Assembly (NCBI GenBank): GCA_051942245.1
Contig: JAVECL010000050.1
Coordinates: forward strand, 1 to 64,000
Source: Trypethelium eluteriae
Taxonomy: Eukaryota
DNA length: 64,000 nucleotides
Reading direction: 5' to 3'
Part shown: in pieces, positions 36,914 through 49,745 of the stretch
How the letters are laid out: every line of letters starts with the position of its first letter
How positions within the stretch are numbered: the first letter of the stretch is position 1
Notes under the pieces: model-generated
Database searches by the model: none
The model's input: the letters and a program-made list of their open reading frames with translations, nothing else
What the model was told of the DNA's origin: nothing
Program-made: the position numbers and the translations under genes

Positions 36914-38584
36914 TCAATCCTTTCCGGCTGCCTTCACCAAATCTGCCAACCTCCTCTCCATAACCTTTCTTCCTTCCAATGTCCTCCAGACCTTATGTGG
37001 CGCTTTATTAACCACATCCCACCCAATCAACGCTTCTGTCAAATGGCTTAAATCTTCTTGTTTCCGTCTCCATTCATCATCGATTCTGCACTTGATCCCC
37101 GAACTCACCACCACAACGGGTGTGTTGGCGCTTTGTATATTTCGACTCTGGCTCACTTCACGCTGTGTAAAGCTCTCTGCCACCAGATTCTCCTGCAACC
37201 GCGCTTTAAGAAATTTCCCACCCGTATGTGCCGAGCGGCCATACACGCGGTCCTCCCTTGTACGACCCTTGAACAATGCGCCGCCAATGCGAGTGACGCC
37301 AAGTGGGGAGAGGACACCCCATCCCCAAGTTACGAATCCCCTGCCCGGATTACCAATGCGATGGAGCAGGTCCTCATGTAGCGGATCCACCATCATGAGC
37401 CCTCGAACACCGCGTTGGCGGGAGCTGAAGATGCGACTGACGATGCTACCATATCCTGCCGAGACGAGGATCCAAGGTCCTTCTTCCCCGGCGCGGGCGA
37501 GCGCTTCAGAAAGCGCGTCAGCAGACATGCCAGCGGAGTGAGGAGAAGGCGCGTTGTCGGACCAGGCGTATCCTGGCCGATCCCAGTAGCAGTAACGATC
37601 GATAGTACCATTCTGCCAAGCCGCGTAAGCCCAGTGCTCGAAATCGTATTCGGAGGGTTCCTCGCCAGCTTCGAGGAGCACTGTGGGGGCACTGGTTGTA
37701 TTGCCGACGCAGGAAAGATGAACGGAGTATTTGTCGCCGTCGACAGGATAGCGGTCGCCCGCGAAAGGAAGACCGGCATCGATGGAGCGAAGGATCAAGG
37801 TTGCAGTGGTTAGAATGACAATGATAATATAGATGACGAGGATGGTGGTGGCAATCAGGACAGCAAGCCATTCACGGACGGTGCGTCGAGTTTCAGGACG
37901 ACCGGTAAGACGTTCTTCTTCCTCCCGCTTGCCCCATGCAACGATTCTGTCAGCGATGATGCACCAAATGGACATGACGACAGCCCAGACTACGCTGGCT
38001 ATGCCAACGCCGCCTTCTTCGGAGCGAACACGAGGCACAGCGAGGATAAGGATCATGTCGACAAGGAGTACGAAGGCAACGATGCCTGTGGAGACTCTCA
38101 TTGCCCGTGAAGGCGCGGAAAAGAACAGGAGAGCAACAAGCAGGTTTCCAGCCGTGAGAGTAGTATAGGAGAAGTCGAAGAAGCCAGAACCACGAGAGTG
38201 CATGCCTGGTGGAGAGACGAAGATGCAAACGAGGAGCAGGACCCACCAAAGGAAGGTAATGATGAGGAACAGGACGGTAAGATAGCGAGTAAAGCGAACA
38301 GACCAGAGATTGTAAGGTGATACCTAAGTCAGGTCATTAGAGGCACGGTACCTACGCTCGAAGCTACATTGACGTACTGCTGGGTCATCAGGATCTAGAT
38401 AACCGTCTTGGTGAGGTGGTCGAGGTTGTTGAGGCAGCAACCTCGTCCTCTCATCAGGTTCTCTGCTGTCGTAGTTTCTACCCGTTGGTTGAGGTCTGCT
38501 ATTATCTTCACTTTGCCGTGGAGTGCCCGGATTGCTGCCATCTGCTTTGCCATCTTTCTTGGAGCTACCAAAAATGTTGGCCAT
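36914..38584 (-). CDS. Integral membrane protein with C-terminal alpha/beta-hydrolase fold, 2 exons
   Basis: EPDERTRLL...YLDPDDPAVSPYNLW across intron 38377-38324; several TM segments; HLSCVG, PTVLLEAGE, RYCYWDRPGYAWSDNAPSP, LVSAGYG. Confidence 0.85.
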
Positions 38585-39260
38585 GTTTGCCAGGGTAATG
38601 ATCCGCAAAGATGGTGAACAGCAGCTGCAAGAAGCTTACGTGCAGTTCCAACGCAGGAGTATCGAGCCGATGATAAGGAAATCCCGTGGCGAACGGCAGG
38701 CAGCAAAAAGGCCACAGGCTCTAGAATCAACAGACCCCACTAAAGGCGGGAGGAGCACGTCGGCAACTAGCTACCCTACGTCATGAGCATACAAAGGTCG
38801 AGATGGGCATGGTGGCACTGTGGGACCGTGGCTTCCAGCAGATCGGCAAGCAAATCCCAGAGGTCGATCAATTTAAAAATAACGAGCTGATCCTTGCGGC
38901 GTCTGAAGGTATGTGAGATAGAGCACATCTCACATCCGTTCAGGAATGAACGCTGCCTTGTTCTGATTGTTCTCCGGTCCCGTCTGCGCATCTCCTGCCA
39001 GTAGCCTGCGTTCTGGTGATGCTGATTGAGCGCAGCCATCAAGAATGTGTTGATGCTGCCGCTTTCGGCTGGTAGAGTCATCTCAATTGCGCGAGGATGT
39101 CTGAGATGGTGTGCAGGATGGCAATTCCGCCTCGTCTGCTCCGTAGAGCATTGTCCAATGAAGGGATGAGAATAGCCACCCCACTTCGAGCCCCTCTCTT
39201 TCCGGCTTAGTATATCCAAGCTTCAACCTTCATCACGAGGCCATTTTTCCAATCTCCACC

Positions 39261-40403
39261 ATGAGCGAACTGGCTCGCTCATTTGCCGCGCAAAAGCTTG
39301 CCGACTTGCCAAAAGAGCCTCCGCAACCTCTCCCCGCTACGCCAGAAGACCGAGAAGACGAGTATTCCTCCGAGTCATCGCTCTCTTCCACCGGCACCGT
39401 CCTCCCATCTCCTAGTCAACATCTTGTCCCCGCCCCGCCTGTCCAATGGACAAAATACTTTGCCCAAGAGCTCTTTCTCCAACATAAATTACCATCTGCA
39501 GATGAAGCCAAATACCACGTCTATCTAACGCAACCTGCCAACCTCAAATCCCCATTGTTCGTCTGCCACCATGGTGCCGGCGCCTCTGGCATGTCCTTCG
39601 CCCCCTTCGCTCTCTCCTTACGCGCCGCCCTCCCCTCCGCTGGCATCCTCAGCATCGAAGCACGCCAGCATGGTTCCTCCATCCTGAATCCTGATGGTGA
39701 CACGGTGAACGACTTCTCCATCGCCGTCCTCCGCGACGACCTCGCCAACATGATCACACTTGTCCGCGAGAGACTCGGCTGGTCCAGCCTCCCGCCAATC
39801 ATACTGGTCGGCCACAGTCTTGGTGGCGCGGTCGCCGTCGAACTTGCACAGAAGGGCATTTTGGGTACAAGTCTGCTGGGATACGTTGTCATTGATGTGG
39901 TGGAGGGTTCTGCCATCGAGGCATTGAAGTATATGCAGGGGATTCTCTCGTCTCGCCCTTCATCTTTTCTCACGCTCGAGTCAGCTATCGATTGGCATCT
40001 CCGCAGCCGAAACCTACGGAATCGGGAGAGCGCGGCGGTGTCCGTGCCGTCACTGCTCCGGCGGACTGCTGATGGGAAGTGGGCATGGGCGACGGACCTT
40101 GCTATCACGCAGCCGTTTTGGGAAGGGTGGTTTCAAGGCATGAGCCAGAAGTTTCTGAGCGCTAAGGGAGCGAAGTTACTCATTTTGGCGGGGACGGATA
40201 GGCTGGATAAGGATCTAATGATTGGGCAGATGCAAGGGAAATTTCAACTACAGGTCGTGCCGGAGGCCGGACATTTTGTGCAGGAAGATGCTCCAGAAAA
40301 AACGGCGGAGATGGTGGTGGAGTTCTTCAAGAGGAATGATAGGAGTGCGTTAGTACTGCCACCCAAGGTGAGTGACTTGATTGCTCAAGGAAAGAAAGTA
40401 TGA
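39261..40403 (+). CDS. PPE1: Protein phosphatase 2A methylesterase 1
   Basis: HHGAGASG, GHSLGG nucleophile elbow, VIDVVEGSA, WF.GMSQKFL, KLLILAGTDRLDKDLMIGQMQGKFQL, GHFVQED. Confidence 0.95.
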   Translation: MSELARSFAAQKLADLPKEPPQPLPATPEDREDEYSSESSLSSTGTVLPSPSQHLVPAPPVQWTKYFAQELFLQHKLPSADEAKYHVYLTQPANLKSPLFVCHHGAGASGMSFAPFALSLRAALPSAGILSIEARQHGSSILNPDGDTVNDFSIAVLRDDLANMITLVRERLGWSSLPPIILVGHSLGGAVAVELAQKGILGTSLLGYVVIDVVEGSAIEALKYMQGILSSRPSSFLTLESAIDWHLRSRNLRNRESAAVSVPSLLRRTADGKWAWATDLAITQPFWEGWFQGMSQKFLSAKGAKLLILAGTDRLDKDLMIGQMQGKFQLQVVPEAGHFVQEDAPEKTAEMVVEFFKRNDRSALVLPPKVSDLIAQGKKV

Positions 40404-40542
40404 TTTATAAAGTTGAGATCGGATGATTCGACGGAAGGACGTACTATGGGACTGGATCAATTGATAAGCATGGCATTGCAAATGGGTATCTTGATAGTAT
40501 GCATAAGTGTACGAGTAGCAGAGCAAACCCCGTCAGAGCTTT

Positions 40543-41694
40543 TCATGCCTGGATAGACACCTCTGGAACATCTGTGTCGCCCACAGCGGTCTTGCTAGAT
40601 TTATGTTTGCGTTTCCGCTTCTTCTTTGGCTGTTCTTCATGTGCCAATGGACCGTCGTTCGCTGAAGGTTCGTCCCTTTCCCTGCTAGGATCTTGGCTCT
40701 GTCCGTTGTGCACAAGCCTCGTCTTCTTAGGCTTCAACACACTCAACGGATTTGGACCCTTCGGTCCTTTGCTCTTCTTCTTTCTCAGTGGCTCTATCGT
40801 CTGAGATGCATCCCCGGTTCCATCTTCAGCAGCGTCTCCGCCACCGTTTGCGACATCTCTCTTCCTTTTCAACTCCCTTCCACCTTTCAACCCTGCCCTA
40901 AACTTCCTTCTCTCCTCTCTCTCCTGCACGTCCATGCTCCCTTGCGACATCGGTTCCATGACCAAGACGCTCCTCTTCACATAGAGTAGCGGAACGCCCG
41001 GAATCTCGCGCAACCTCCTCCTCGCCTCTCCATCCTGTGTCGCCACCACGTATCTGTGTCGATTTGTACCTATCCCATCGTCCTTCTCCCGAATCTTAGG
41101 ATCGATGCAATCAAGGAAGCAGTCCATTGTGGACAGTGGCTCTGGAAGCTCGTGGTGACCGCACCGTCTGAGTTCGCAATTTGAGCGTGTGAGGGCGAGA
41201 AGGGGCGTGGAGAGGGAAGAAGGGAGAGTGCGCAGGTGAAGCAGGGTACAGTGGGTGATCATAGGTTTGATGCGGCCATGGAGGGCACCTTCGACCATCT
41301 TGAGGAGGTCCATGGTGAATTTGTGGGCGTCCATGAGGATTTCAGCATCAACTGTCGAGACAGAAAATCAGCTGTGTCATTCGCGATCGTGTTTCATTCG
41401 GAGAGCTATAAGGGTGCTACATTGGAAGAAGCCTCTGAGATAGGAGATACGAGAGCGGACTTACATAGGACTTGATACGGTTCTCGAAACCCAAAATGAT
41501 AGCCATATTGCTCTAAAAGTTTGCGATACTGCCTTGAGTTCAATTATTTAGTGTATGGATACCAATAGCAGGAAAGAGCTAAACTGTAAGTCTCACAAGC
41601 ATAGTCTAACATTAACGCGGAGGAAAAGTAGCTTGCTTCAGACGTGATGACACTAAGGAAAGAGGTAGACGTACTTCGAGCGCTTGCCGCGCAT
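40543..41694 (-). CDS. UTP23: rRNA-processing protein UTP23 (PIN-like Fcf1 family), 3 exons
   Basis: Spliced N-terminus MRGKRSKQYRKLL..YGYHFGFREPYQVL; KPMITHC, RRCGH, RYVVATQD, PGVPLLY, KGPKGPNPLSVLKPKK. Confidence 0.93.
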
Positions 41695-42063
41695 CTTGGC
41701 AGGAGGTTAGCCAAGCAAAAAAGCGTTTCTAAATCGAAACTTGAAACATGGAGTGCAGTTGTAGTAGGTGGGATGAAACTTCCAACTTCGATGGAGAAAA
41801 GAAGAGTGAGGTGGGGCGTCATTCGGCTCCGCCACACCCAAGCTTGGGTGCAGTGCCGTGAGTGCGTCTGAGCCTCCGCGTGCAACTGGACTCTGGTGAC
41901 GATGGGATTGTCTTCCATACCTCGTCACGCTTCACGTTACATGACTTGGTCCCCTCCCCACGACGTTAGTTGAGCTATGCTAGATTCTGCAATAATACAC
42001 CAGTCCAGGAGCTATTGGTCCTGAAAACGACAAACCCTATCGTAACTCGATGCGGCTCTAAGG

Positions 42064-45000
42064 ATGCCTGAGGATGGGGAGCCAGGATCCGACCAGAGAA
42101 ACACTACATCGGAAGATGAGCCCTCCGAGATCACGAAGTCATTACCACAGACCCATGACTCGGGCAACGATGAGATAGCCCAGAAGGAGAAGGTGTCTCA
42201 AGACGAGCCGGAAAAGGATGAGTTCGGACTTCCGGTTAAAAGGCCTAGACGACGGGCAATTAATGAACATAGCGGGGAAGATGATGCGGACTCGACAGAG
42301 TCACGACAGAACCCATTTGAAGACCGAGAAGATCCTCCCGAAGATAACAATGAGTACAAAGATTCAGCAACGCCAAAAGAAGGTGCTCAGCCAACCCCTG
42401 AGGCGGTGATCCGGACAGAGCCGCAAGTGAATGGAGTAGAGGCTAAGGGGGAAGATGGGGTGGAGCGTGAGGCCAAGATTAAGGATGAATCCTCCAAGAC
42501 AGAGATCCAAGCATCTCCCGAAGCAGAAGAGAAGTTCGTCCTTCGCGACATTGCCGACGAGCCTCGACCGTCTACCGATCGAAATGCACGTGCTTCGAAA
42601 CGCGACTACGGTTACAACAAGACGACTGGCACGAATGGAATCAAGAGTAGCACAGGAAAGATTTCTGAATATTCCCATCAACAACTCGCCCCCTCTCAAG
42701 AGGTGACTCCTGACATCACGAGCCCCAAGAACGATGAATGGCAGGACATGCCTGCACTCGCACCTTATGACATCTACGATGACGAAGGACATCTTGTAGC
42801 ACGGGAAGCAGAGGAGTCAGATGAGGAAGCTGCGGTATACGGTGGACTTGGAGGAGCCGGGAAAGGCTACACCAAGGTACAGATCGATGACGATGCCGAA
42901 TCGGTAACTTCAATGGACGACAATACGGCGTACCTCTTCAAAGATCCCACAACAACGGTGACGGATGAAGATGATGCTGTCAGAGATCCGCTTGCGCAGA
43001 TGCAAGCTACCAAGGATCTGCTTACCGAAGGCCAGCGGATTGCTTATGTAGGCGTGGCGAAACTTGCGATGGATAAGATGATCAAGGAACTGGATGCGTT
43101 GGAGAGGACGAGAGGTGCAAGAAAAACAGTGGAGCTAGGAGTGGAGACGACGCAAATGTGGAGTCAGAAAATGATGTTGAGGTTGTATCAACATATGGAG
43201 ATCACTCAGGCGGGTATGTCGTATCTGTATAGTCTTCTCCAGTCCTTAATCCATCCCTCGTTCCTACGCTGCGTCTAGACGTCGGCTGGCCATCTACTAA
43301 CAAACTCATCAGAACAGATTATGATTGAACAACTTGCTTCTCATGGCGTCGAGCCCGCCGACCTAACCCCTGTCCTCATGCAAAACGCTCGTGTCAAGAA
43401 CCCCATCGCCGACGATCTCCCCTCCGGCACTAGTGATGTTAGCAGTGCCAGCAGAAAAGATAGCATCAGCACCTCAAACCCATCCCATTCAAAGCAAAAC
43501 TCCGTTTCCGCTCGCTCTCCCAGCTTCAAAGACATTGGTTCGCCTCGTAGTGTCCAAACCCACTGGTCGGCACAGCGTTCCCCCCGTTTTCCCACCGACT
43601 GCAACTCCCCGCCTCCCTACAGCGAACATGCCAATGACGACCTCCCCGCCGTTCGTACCCCCTCCCAGCTACCCCACACCCAAAACCTCGACATCGACCT
43701 CCGTTGGACCGTTCTTTGCGACCTCTTCCTCGTGCTCATAGCTGACTCCATGTACGACGCGCGATCCCGCTCTGTGCTCGAAAAAGTTGGTAAGTTCCTT
43801 TCCGTCGACTGGCTCGAGATCTGCCGCTTCGAAAAGCGCGTCACCGACGCCCTCGAGATGCAGGAGGCGGCCGACAAGGAGAACTGGAACGAAGAAGAGC
43901 ACATGGAGAATCGGCGGAAGCTCGCGCGGAATCGGCGGCTCGTGATGATGGGCCTTGCGACAGTGGGCGGAAGTCTTGTGATCGGGCTGTCGGCTGGGCT
44001 GTTGGCGCCCGTGATAGGGGCGGGCTTGGCGGCGGGCTTCACAACCATCGGTGTGGCCGGCACGGGGAGTTTCCTGGCGGGAGCTGGAGGAGCGGCGCTG
44101 GTGACAACGACGGGAGTTATTACGGGGGGTACGATAGGTGTAAGGGCTGCGGACCGGCGGATGGGAGCCGTCAAGACGTTTGAGTACCGGCCGCTACATA
44201 ACAACAAGCGGGTCAACCTGATTGTGACGGTCTCAGGCTGGATGAATGGCAAGGTCGATGACGTCCGTCTTCCCTTCTCTACTGTCGACCCAATCATGGG
44301 TGACATGTACTCCATCCTATGGGAACCGGATATGCTGTCGTCCACGGGACAAACGATTAATATCCTTGCGACGGAAGCCTTGACCCAGGGGCTTCAACAG
44401 ATCCTCGGCTCTACCATCCTTGTCGCGCTCATGGCTGGGCTGCAGCTACCGATCGTCCTCACCAAGCTTTCCTACCTCATCGATAATCCGTGGAATGTGT
44501 CGCTTGCTCGTGCTGAGCAAGCAGGCCTCATTTTGGCGGACTCGTTGATAGACCGAAACCTGGGGGCACGACCGATCACATTGGTTGGATTTAGTCTAGG
44601 ATGTCGGCTGATCTTTAGCTGTTTGAAGGAGCTGGCGAAGAAGGGCGCACACGGCTTGGTGCAGAATGTGTACATGTTTGGAAGTCCAGTTGTGGCGAAC
44701 AAGGACGAGTACTTGAAGGCGAGGACTGTTGTGAGTGGGAGAATGGTAAATGGGTACGCGACAAATGATTGGATTCTTGGTATGTTCTCTCGCACATTCG
44801 ATCTTTCATTATATGATTTTGCTCGATTGAAACCTCGTCAAAAGACAGGCAATTTGCAGCACAATCAAAAATACAAGTGAGGAGCAATGTCGACTAAATG
44901 ACCATCTATAGGTTACCTCTTCCGCGCCACTGCAGGTGGCATTATGCAAGTCGCAGGGCTCGCCCCCATCAACGTCCCCAGCATTGAGAACTTTGACGTC

Positions 45001-46053
45001 ACCGAATTCGTTCCTGGTCATATGGCATACAGAGCTAACATGCCTCGATTGCTGCGCGAGGTCGGCTGGGTCGTCGAATCCGATGAGTTCACCGAAATCG
45101 AGGATCCGGATCCGGAAAATCACGAGAAGCGCCAGCGGGAGCTAATCAATGAGATCGAGGAGGCACGCAAGGGATTAGAGGAGGAAAAAGAGGGGGAGAA
45201 GAAGAAAGGAAAGTTTGGATTTGGGAGCCTCTGGGGGCCCAAGAAGAAGGCGGTCGAGAAGAAGGAATGGGAGATGTATGATGAGCGGATAAAGAGTGCG
45301 CCAGATGGTGAGGTGGACACTGCTGTATATGCTGAGGGGGCCGCCGCCCCAGGTGTAAAGGACGAGCGAGTCATTTTCGATGTTGATGCTATTCGACAGG
45401 AAGCAGCGGACCTTGCAAATCAGGGCATCGAGATCAAGCAGCTAGAGAGCACGCTCCCACCCATGAAACTCGACGTCGTGTCTCCAACCCCAACATCTGC
45501 GCAGTCAAATGCATCCTGGAATGGTGTATCGAACCCATCAACCGGCCATCCCGGACTCAGGCAAACGCAGAGCTACGATGCAAGTGGTATGCCGTATCGA
45601 CCTCGTCCATCGACAGAAAGCAGCGGGTCAAATTCCTTACATCCGTTATCCAAGGCACGCACTGTAAACGGCAGCAGGCCATACGATGGCCACGACTTTG
45701 ACCACAGCCCCCGTTACTCGGGCGAAGACAGCATTTCTATGACCTTCGAATCGCCTCCTCTACGCGAGAATTCGCAGTCACCGCGTCTCCCGCTACCAGC
45801 TCGCCAGAGCTCGCCTGCACGCTCGAGCGGGCTGAACACGCCAGCTACAGGGTATCGGCCCTCGTTTGAGTCGACCTCGGCAGCAGCAGGGGGCTCGAAG
45901 CTCGCCGCAGCGGTCGAGCCAATAGGACTCAAGTCCAAGACCTCAAAGTCACCTGCTGGTGTGGACTTAGGACCTGATCCGCTGCACAATGCGTGGGCGG
46001 ATGAAGAGACGGAGTATAAGGGAGGTGGGGGGATGGATATGACTTTTGAGTGA
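42064..46053 (+). CDS. DUF726 / TMCO4-family membrane protein with lipase-like fold (yeast Mil1-like), 3 exons
   Basis: LLTEGQRIAYVG, IDLRWTVLCDLFLVLIADSMYDARSR, Gly-rich TM region, RPITLVGFSLG, GRMVNGYATNDWILGYLFR, GHMAYRANMPRLL. Confidence 0.9.
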
Positions 46054-47275
46054 GACAGGCATGGTTGGGAGCGCACCTGCTCCTCGTTTGACTAATTTAC
46101 CTTCTTTGCATTCTGAGCATGGCGTCTGATTGAAGGCTGAAAGGTTGCTGCATCTGAAACAAGATGTCTGCGTGTATATTGTTCCTCCTTCCTATCTTGC
46201 TACCTTTCTTGTGGGGCGCAGGTTGTGGTCAGAGAATAAAGAGCATAGCATACACGGAGTTTGGTGTGTGGATATCCCCGATACCAACGCGATTGCTGCG
46301 ACCTAGGCTAGGACCACTTGCAATGTCACATGCCCCTTGTCTCGCGTGCTTGCAAAAATGCTAGGGGTTTACTCTGTAGCGTTTACGAGCAGTGGGCCTT
46401 GCATGCCATCTCTCCTTCAACTTCCTCTTTCGCACATGATTGCCTCGCTAGAGGTAACTCAAATTCTCGCCTCGTTCGGATCGTAAGGGTAGGAAAGAAC
46501 TCCCTTTTCCCTTCCCGATCCTATCTACAGGTTTAGCCTCTTTAACGCCGATGCGAAGCAAAGCTACTAGTCGTAGAAGTACACAAGGCTGACAGGCGCG
46601 AAAAAAATCCTTCATCTATCCCTGTCAGGTATGGGAATACAAGCAGACGCCTGAGGAAAAAAAGGAAAAAAAAAATTCTCCCCGGTTGTAAGGCAAATCC
46701 CACTATCTTACTAAGTTGGAGCCGCGATGTGACCCGAAAGGATTCCGCAAGAAGAAGGGCAAAGAAGATCTTGGGAGTGGGGGGGAACGACATGGCCAAG
46801 CGAATCCTTCAGATGCGCGGTGCATGCAGTTGCAAGGGCGATGGGTAAAAAGCCTCGACCAGGTCATAGGGCTTCATTCCTTCTAGAAGAGATCATCAAA
46901 TTCTCGAAACATCTAAGACGTCGGTCTACGTCCTCGGCCGAGTTTTAGCAGCCAATATTACACGGATTAGAATCTGTAGCTGCATTCCGATCTCGATGTT
47001 GAGGCTCCTGTCATGTTGGAGCTCCACTCTTGTCCCTGTCACAGTTGCAGTGAAGGCGGAAATAACATGTGATTGGGGTATGATAGGGCAAGGGGCTGGA
47101 GCTCGAGCCACGCGAGCACTACATTTGGCGCGACTTACGTATTGTGAATAATCACTTCGACAGCATTTGTTCATCGTCTAACTTCCATAGAGGAGTTTCC
47201 TCAATGATCGTCAGGAGTGGCTTGGGACGAGGCTTGAACGGCAGATTGTCAAACTCACCAAGTCTAATCACAGGC

Positions 47276-47312
47276 CTTAGCACCTTTAGCACCCTCAGCA
47301 CCCTTAGCGGTG
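47276..47312. repeat. Short 9-bp tandem repeat
   Basis: CTTAGCACC TTTAGCACC CTCAGCACC CTTAGCGGT (4 units). Confidence 0.7.
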
Positions 47313-49427
47313 CTTAGTGTACTCTCCTCACCCCAGGTTTTCCAGAGCCGCCATACTCTAGCCGGTAGGATTCCGTCAGGAGGCGTGTCAGATCCGTCCC
47401 CTAAGCATCGGAGATTTAGCTTCATGTCCACAATATTGACCTCGGAGATAGAAGAGCATCTAAAAAGTAGGCGGGATAATAATGACGGAAGGAGTCTGGT
47501 TTCCGTTCTCGGAAGGTATAGGCTCTGTGCGTCTCGACCTAGCATGGCCATCGCAACTGCACTTATCGTAGTCTTCAGCTTGGATAAGACAGACTCGGTG
47601 CGATACTGAAAGGACTCGAGCGTGGGGGCAAGACACAGTGACGCTCATTGGATGAATATAGTAGCATTTCGGACATGCTCTGAAGCCACGTGAAAGGATG
47701 AGTACGCCTACAAATAACTTTTTGGTCGAGCTATCTGGATACCTCGTTGTTTGCAGCGGCTTGGGCGCGCCACACACACATGCTCGTAGACGTCAGTAGC
47801 GACGAAGGGGCGTGATGGGCGGTTCGTGGCGGCTGCTCTGTCCACGAATAATTGCTTTTTCGCGACATGCTGCTACCACGGTGACATTGCTGACCCCGAC
47901 TCCAAAGCAGAGGCTGCGGGAACTTGCGGCACGGACCTTGGGCAGATCACGTCAGCGCACTGGTGGGATGGGGGGAGGGCTAGGGCCTTGCGGCGTGCTT
48001 ATGCACCGACAATCTCTGGTGCTTTTTGTCAGTATGTATGGGAGTACGTACTGAAGAGATTTGCGGATCGCCCCCAAGCTCAGGTCAGAAACGGTTCTGC
48101 ACAGTAGGTACGTACATGGGCTGGCATATCCAACGCGAGCTCGCGAAACCAAAGTGTGCGGCTCGTGAAACGGGTAGCCGCTTGGTCGAGTGGTCAGAGT
48201 CAGGACCTCGGCCACTCCGATGGAGCGCACTCTTTCATCTTCTTTTCCGCTCGGCGTACCAGGAGGCCTCGTGCTCGTGCTGCGGGCAAGATGCTTTCGA
48301 CGGATGATAAAGGTTCCCTCAAATTGCTGCGGCTACCGAGCTATAGTGGGTGGTGCTGTGCCGACTACGTACGTACGCTTGTAGCGACCCTAGCAGAGCA
48401 TGATGAGAAGGCTCGTTCTGCTTGGTTATCGTTCTTTGCTTCGAGAACAATGGGGCTTGCCCGGCGATGCAAGGACTCAGGGCGAATCCTTGGCGAGCAA
48501 GGGATCAGTTGGGGCAGCGTTCTAGCGGCTTTGAGTTAGAATAACGTCGCGGGATGCGCCCAGCTGTTTGGCTCGGGCTCGCTTGGGCGGCTTAATGGTG
48601 TTAATGTTGCAGGCTTCGAGAAGGCATCGAAGACAGGGCATGGCCAACGTGAATCCTTCGATTCGCCTCCTCCCGCTGCACCGAATGGGATTGTTCATGA
48701 TGGCGTCGTAATGTCGTTAGCAAGTGGGTGAAGAGTTTGACGACGCCGGCGACCAACCGGAAGGCTCAGGACTGGTCTGGGGCACGGCATTGGTCGCGTG
48801 CGTACGGCACCATCAGCAATCAGCAGTAGCAGTCTAGGTAGTATCCAGGCCGTGGCGGCCCTGGTGAAAAAGCTTTCACGGTCGCAGTCATCAGTTTCTG
48901 CGTGCGCAACTAGACCTGCGCAACTGGAACATGGACCACCGGCTTGGACAGGGAAGATGATCGGCAGCCCTGTATCTCGCCGGGCAACTGCAGCCTCTTA
49001 TTCCCCCGGGCCTCCAGCCGCCCAGTGCGCCTCCGTCGCCTCTGTGCCTCTGCGCGTGCTGGTGCTGCTGCTTGGTGGTGCTGCTCGGTGATGCTTGTGG
49101 GGGGCGCTCATCTCTCCCGCTCTTGGTATCTCAAGTCTGAGCATCTTCTCACAACCTGACCTTCCTTCTGGCTCGCCCGCGGCATGGATGCGCTCCTTCC
49201 ACCACCTCTCGCTCCCTGGCGGAAGGCTCGGCGCCCGGCTTGACTGTCGTACATACCTACCTGGGATTGCGGCGGCGACAGCGGCGGCGGCGGCGGCGAA
49301 CAGACGCTCGGTTGAAGGCGTAGGGTGAGAAACAGCACCACCCCCTCCAACCCCGACCCCAATCTGCACCTGCGCCTGCACCTGCATACCTTACCTACCT
49401 AGCACCCTCTGCGCGTGCTCTTTGAGA

Positions 49428-49454
49428 CTACCTACCTACCTACCTACCTACCTA
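49428..49454. repeat. (CTAC)n microsatellite upstream of the Zn2Cys6 gene
   Basis: CTAC x6; a (GCG)n run also lies at about 49269-49298. Confidence 0.85.
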
Positions 49455-49745
49455 ACTTATACACCTCACTGTGTGGCCACTCACCTCTGGAGCTGCCCAT
49501 TTTGCGCAATCTTTTCTCAGCCTTCTATTTTGCCTGCGGGCGCCACCGAGTTTGGAATCCTCCACCCCTCCACCATTACCGTTGCACATCTCTTGCCCAA
49601 AACCTGCAAATGCCCGACCGGCCCCGCCTTCATCTGCTCAGAACTCGTGATAGTCTCTCCAGTCTCAACCGCCCACCCCCACCACACCTGGTAGCGTCGG
49701 ACAAGTTCACGCCGTGGTCGCAAGCTCAACCCTCCTCTGGGGGAC

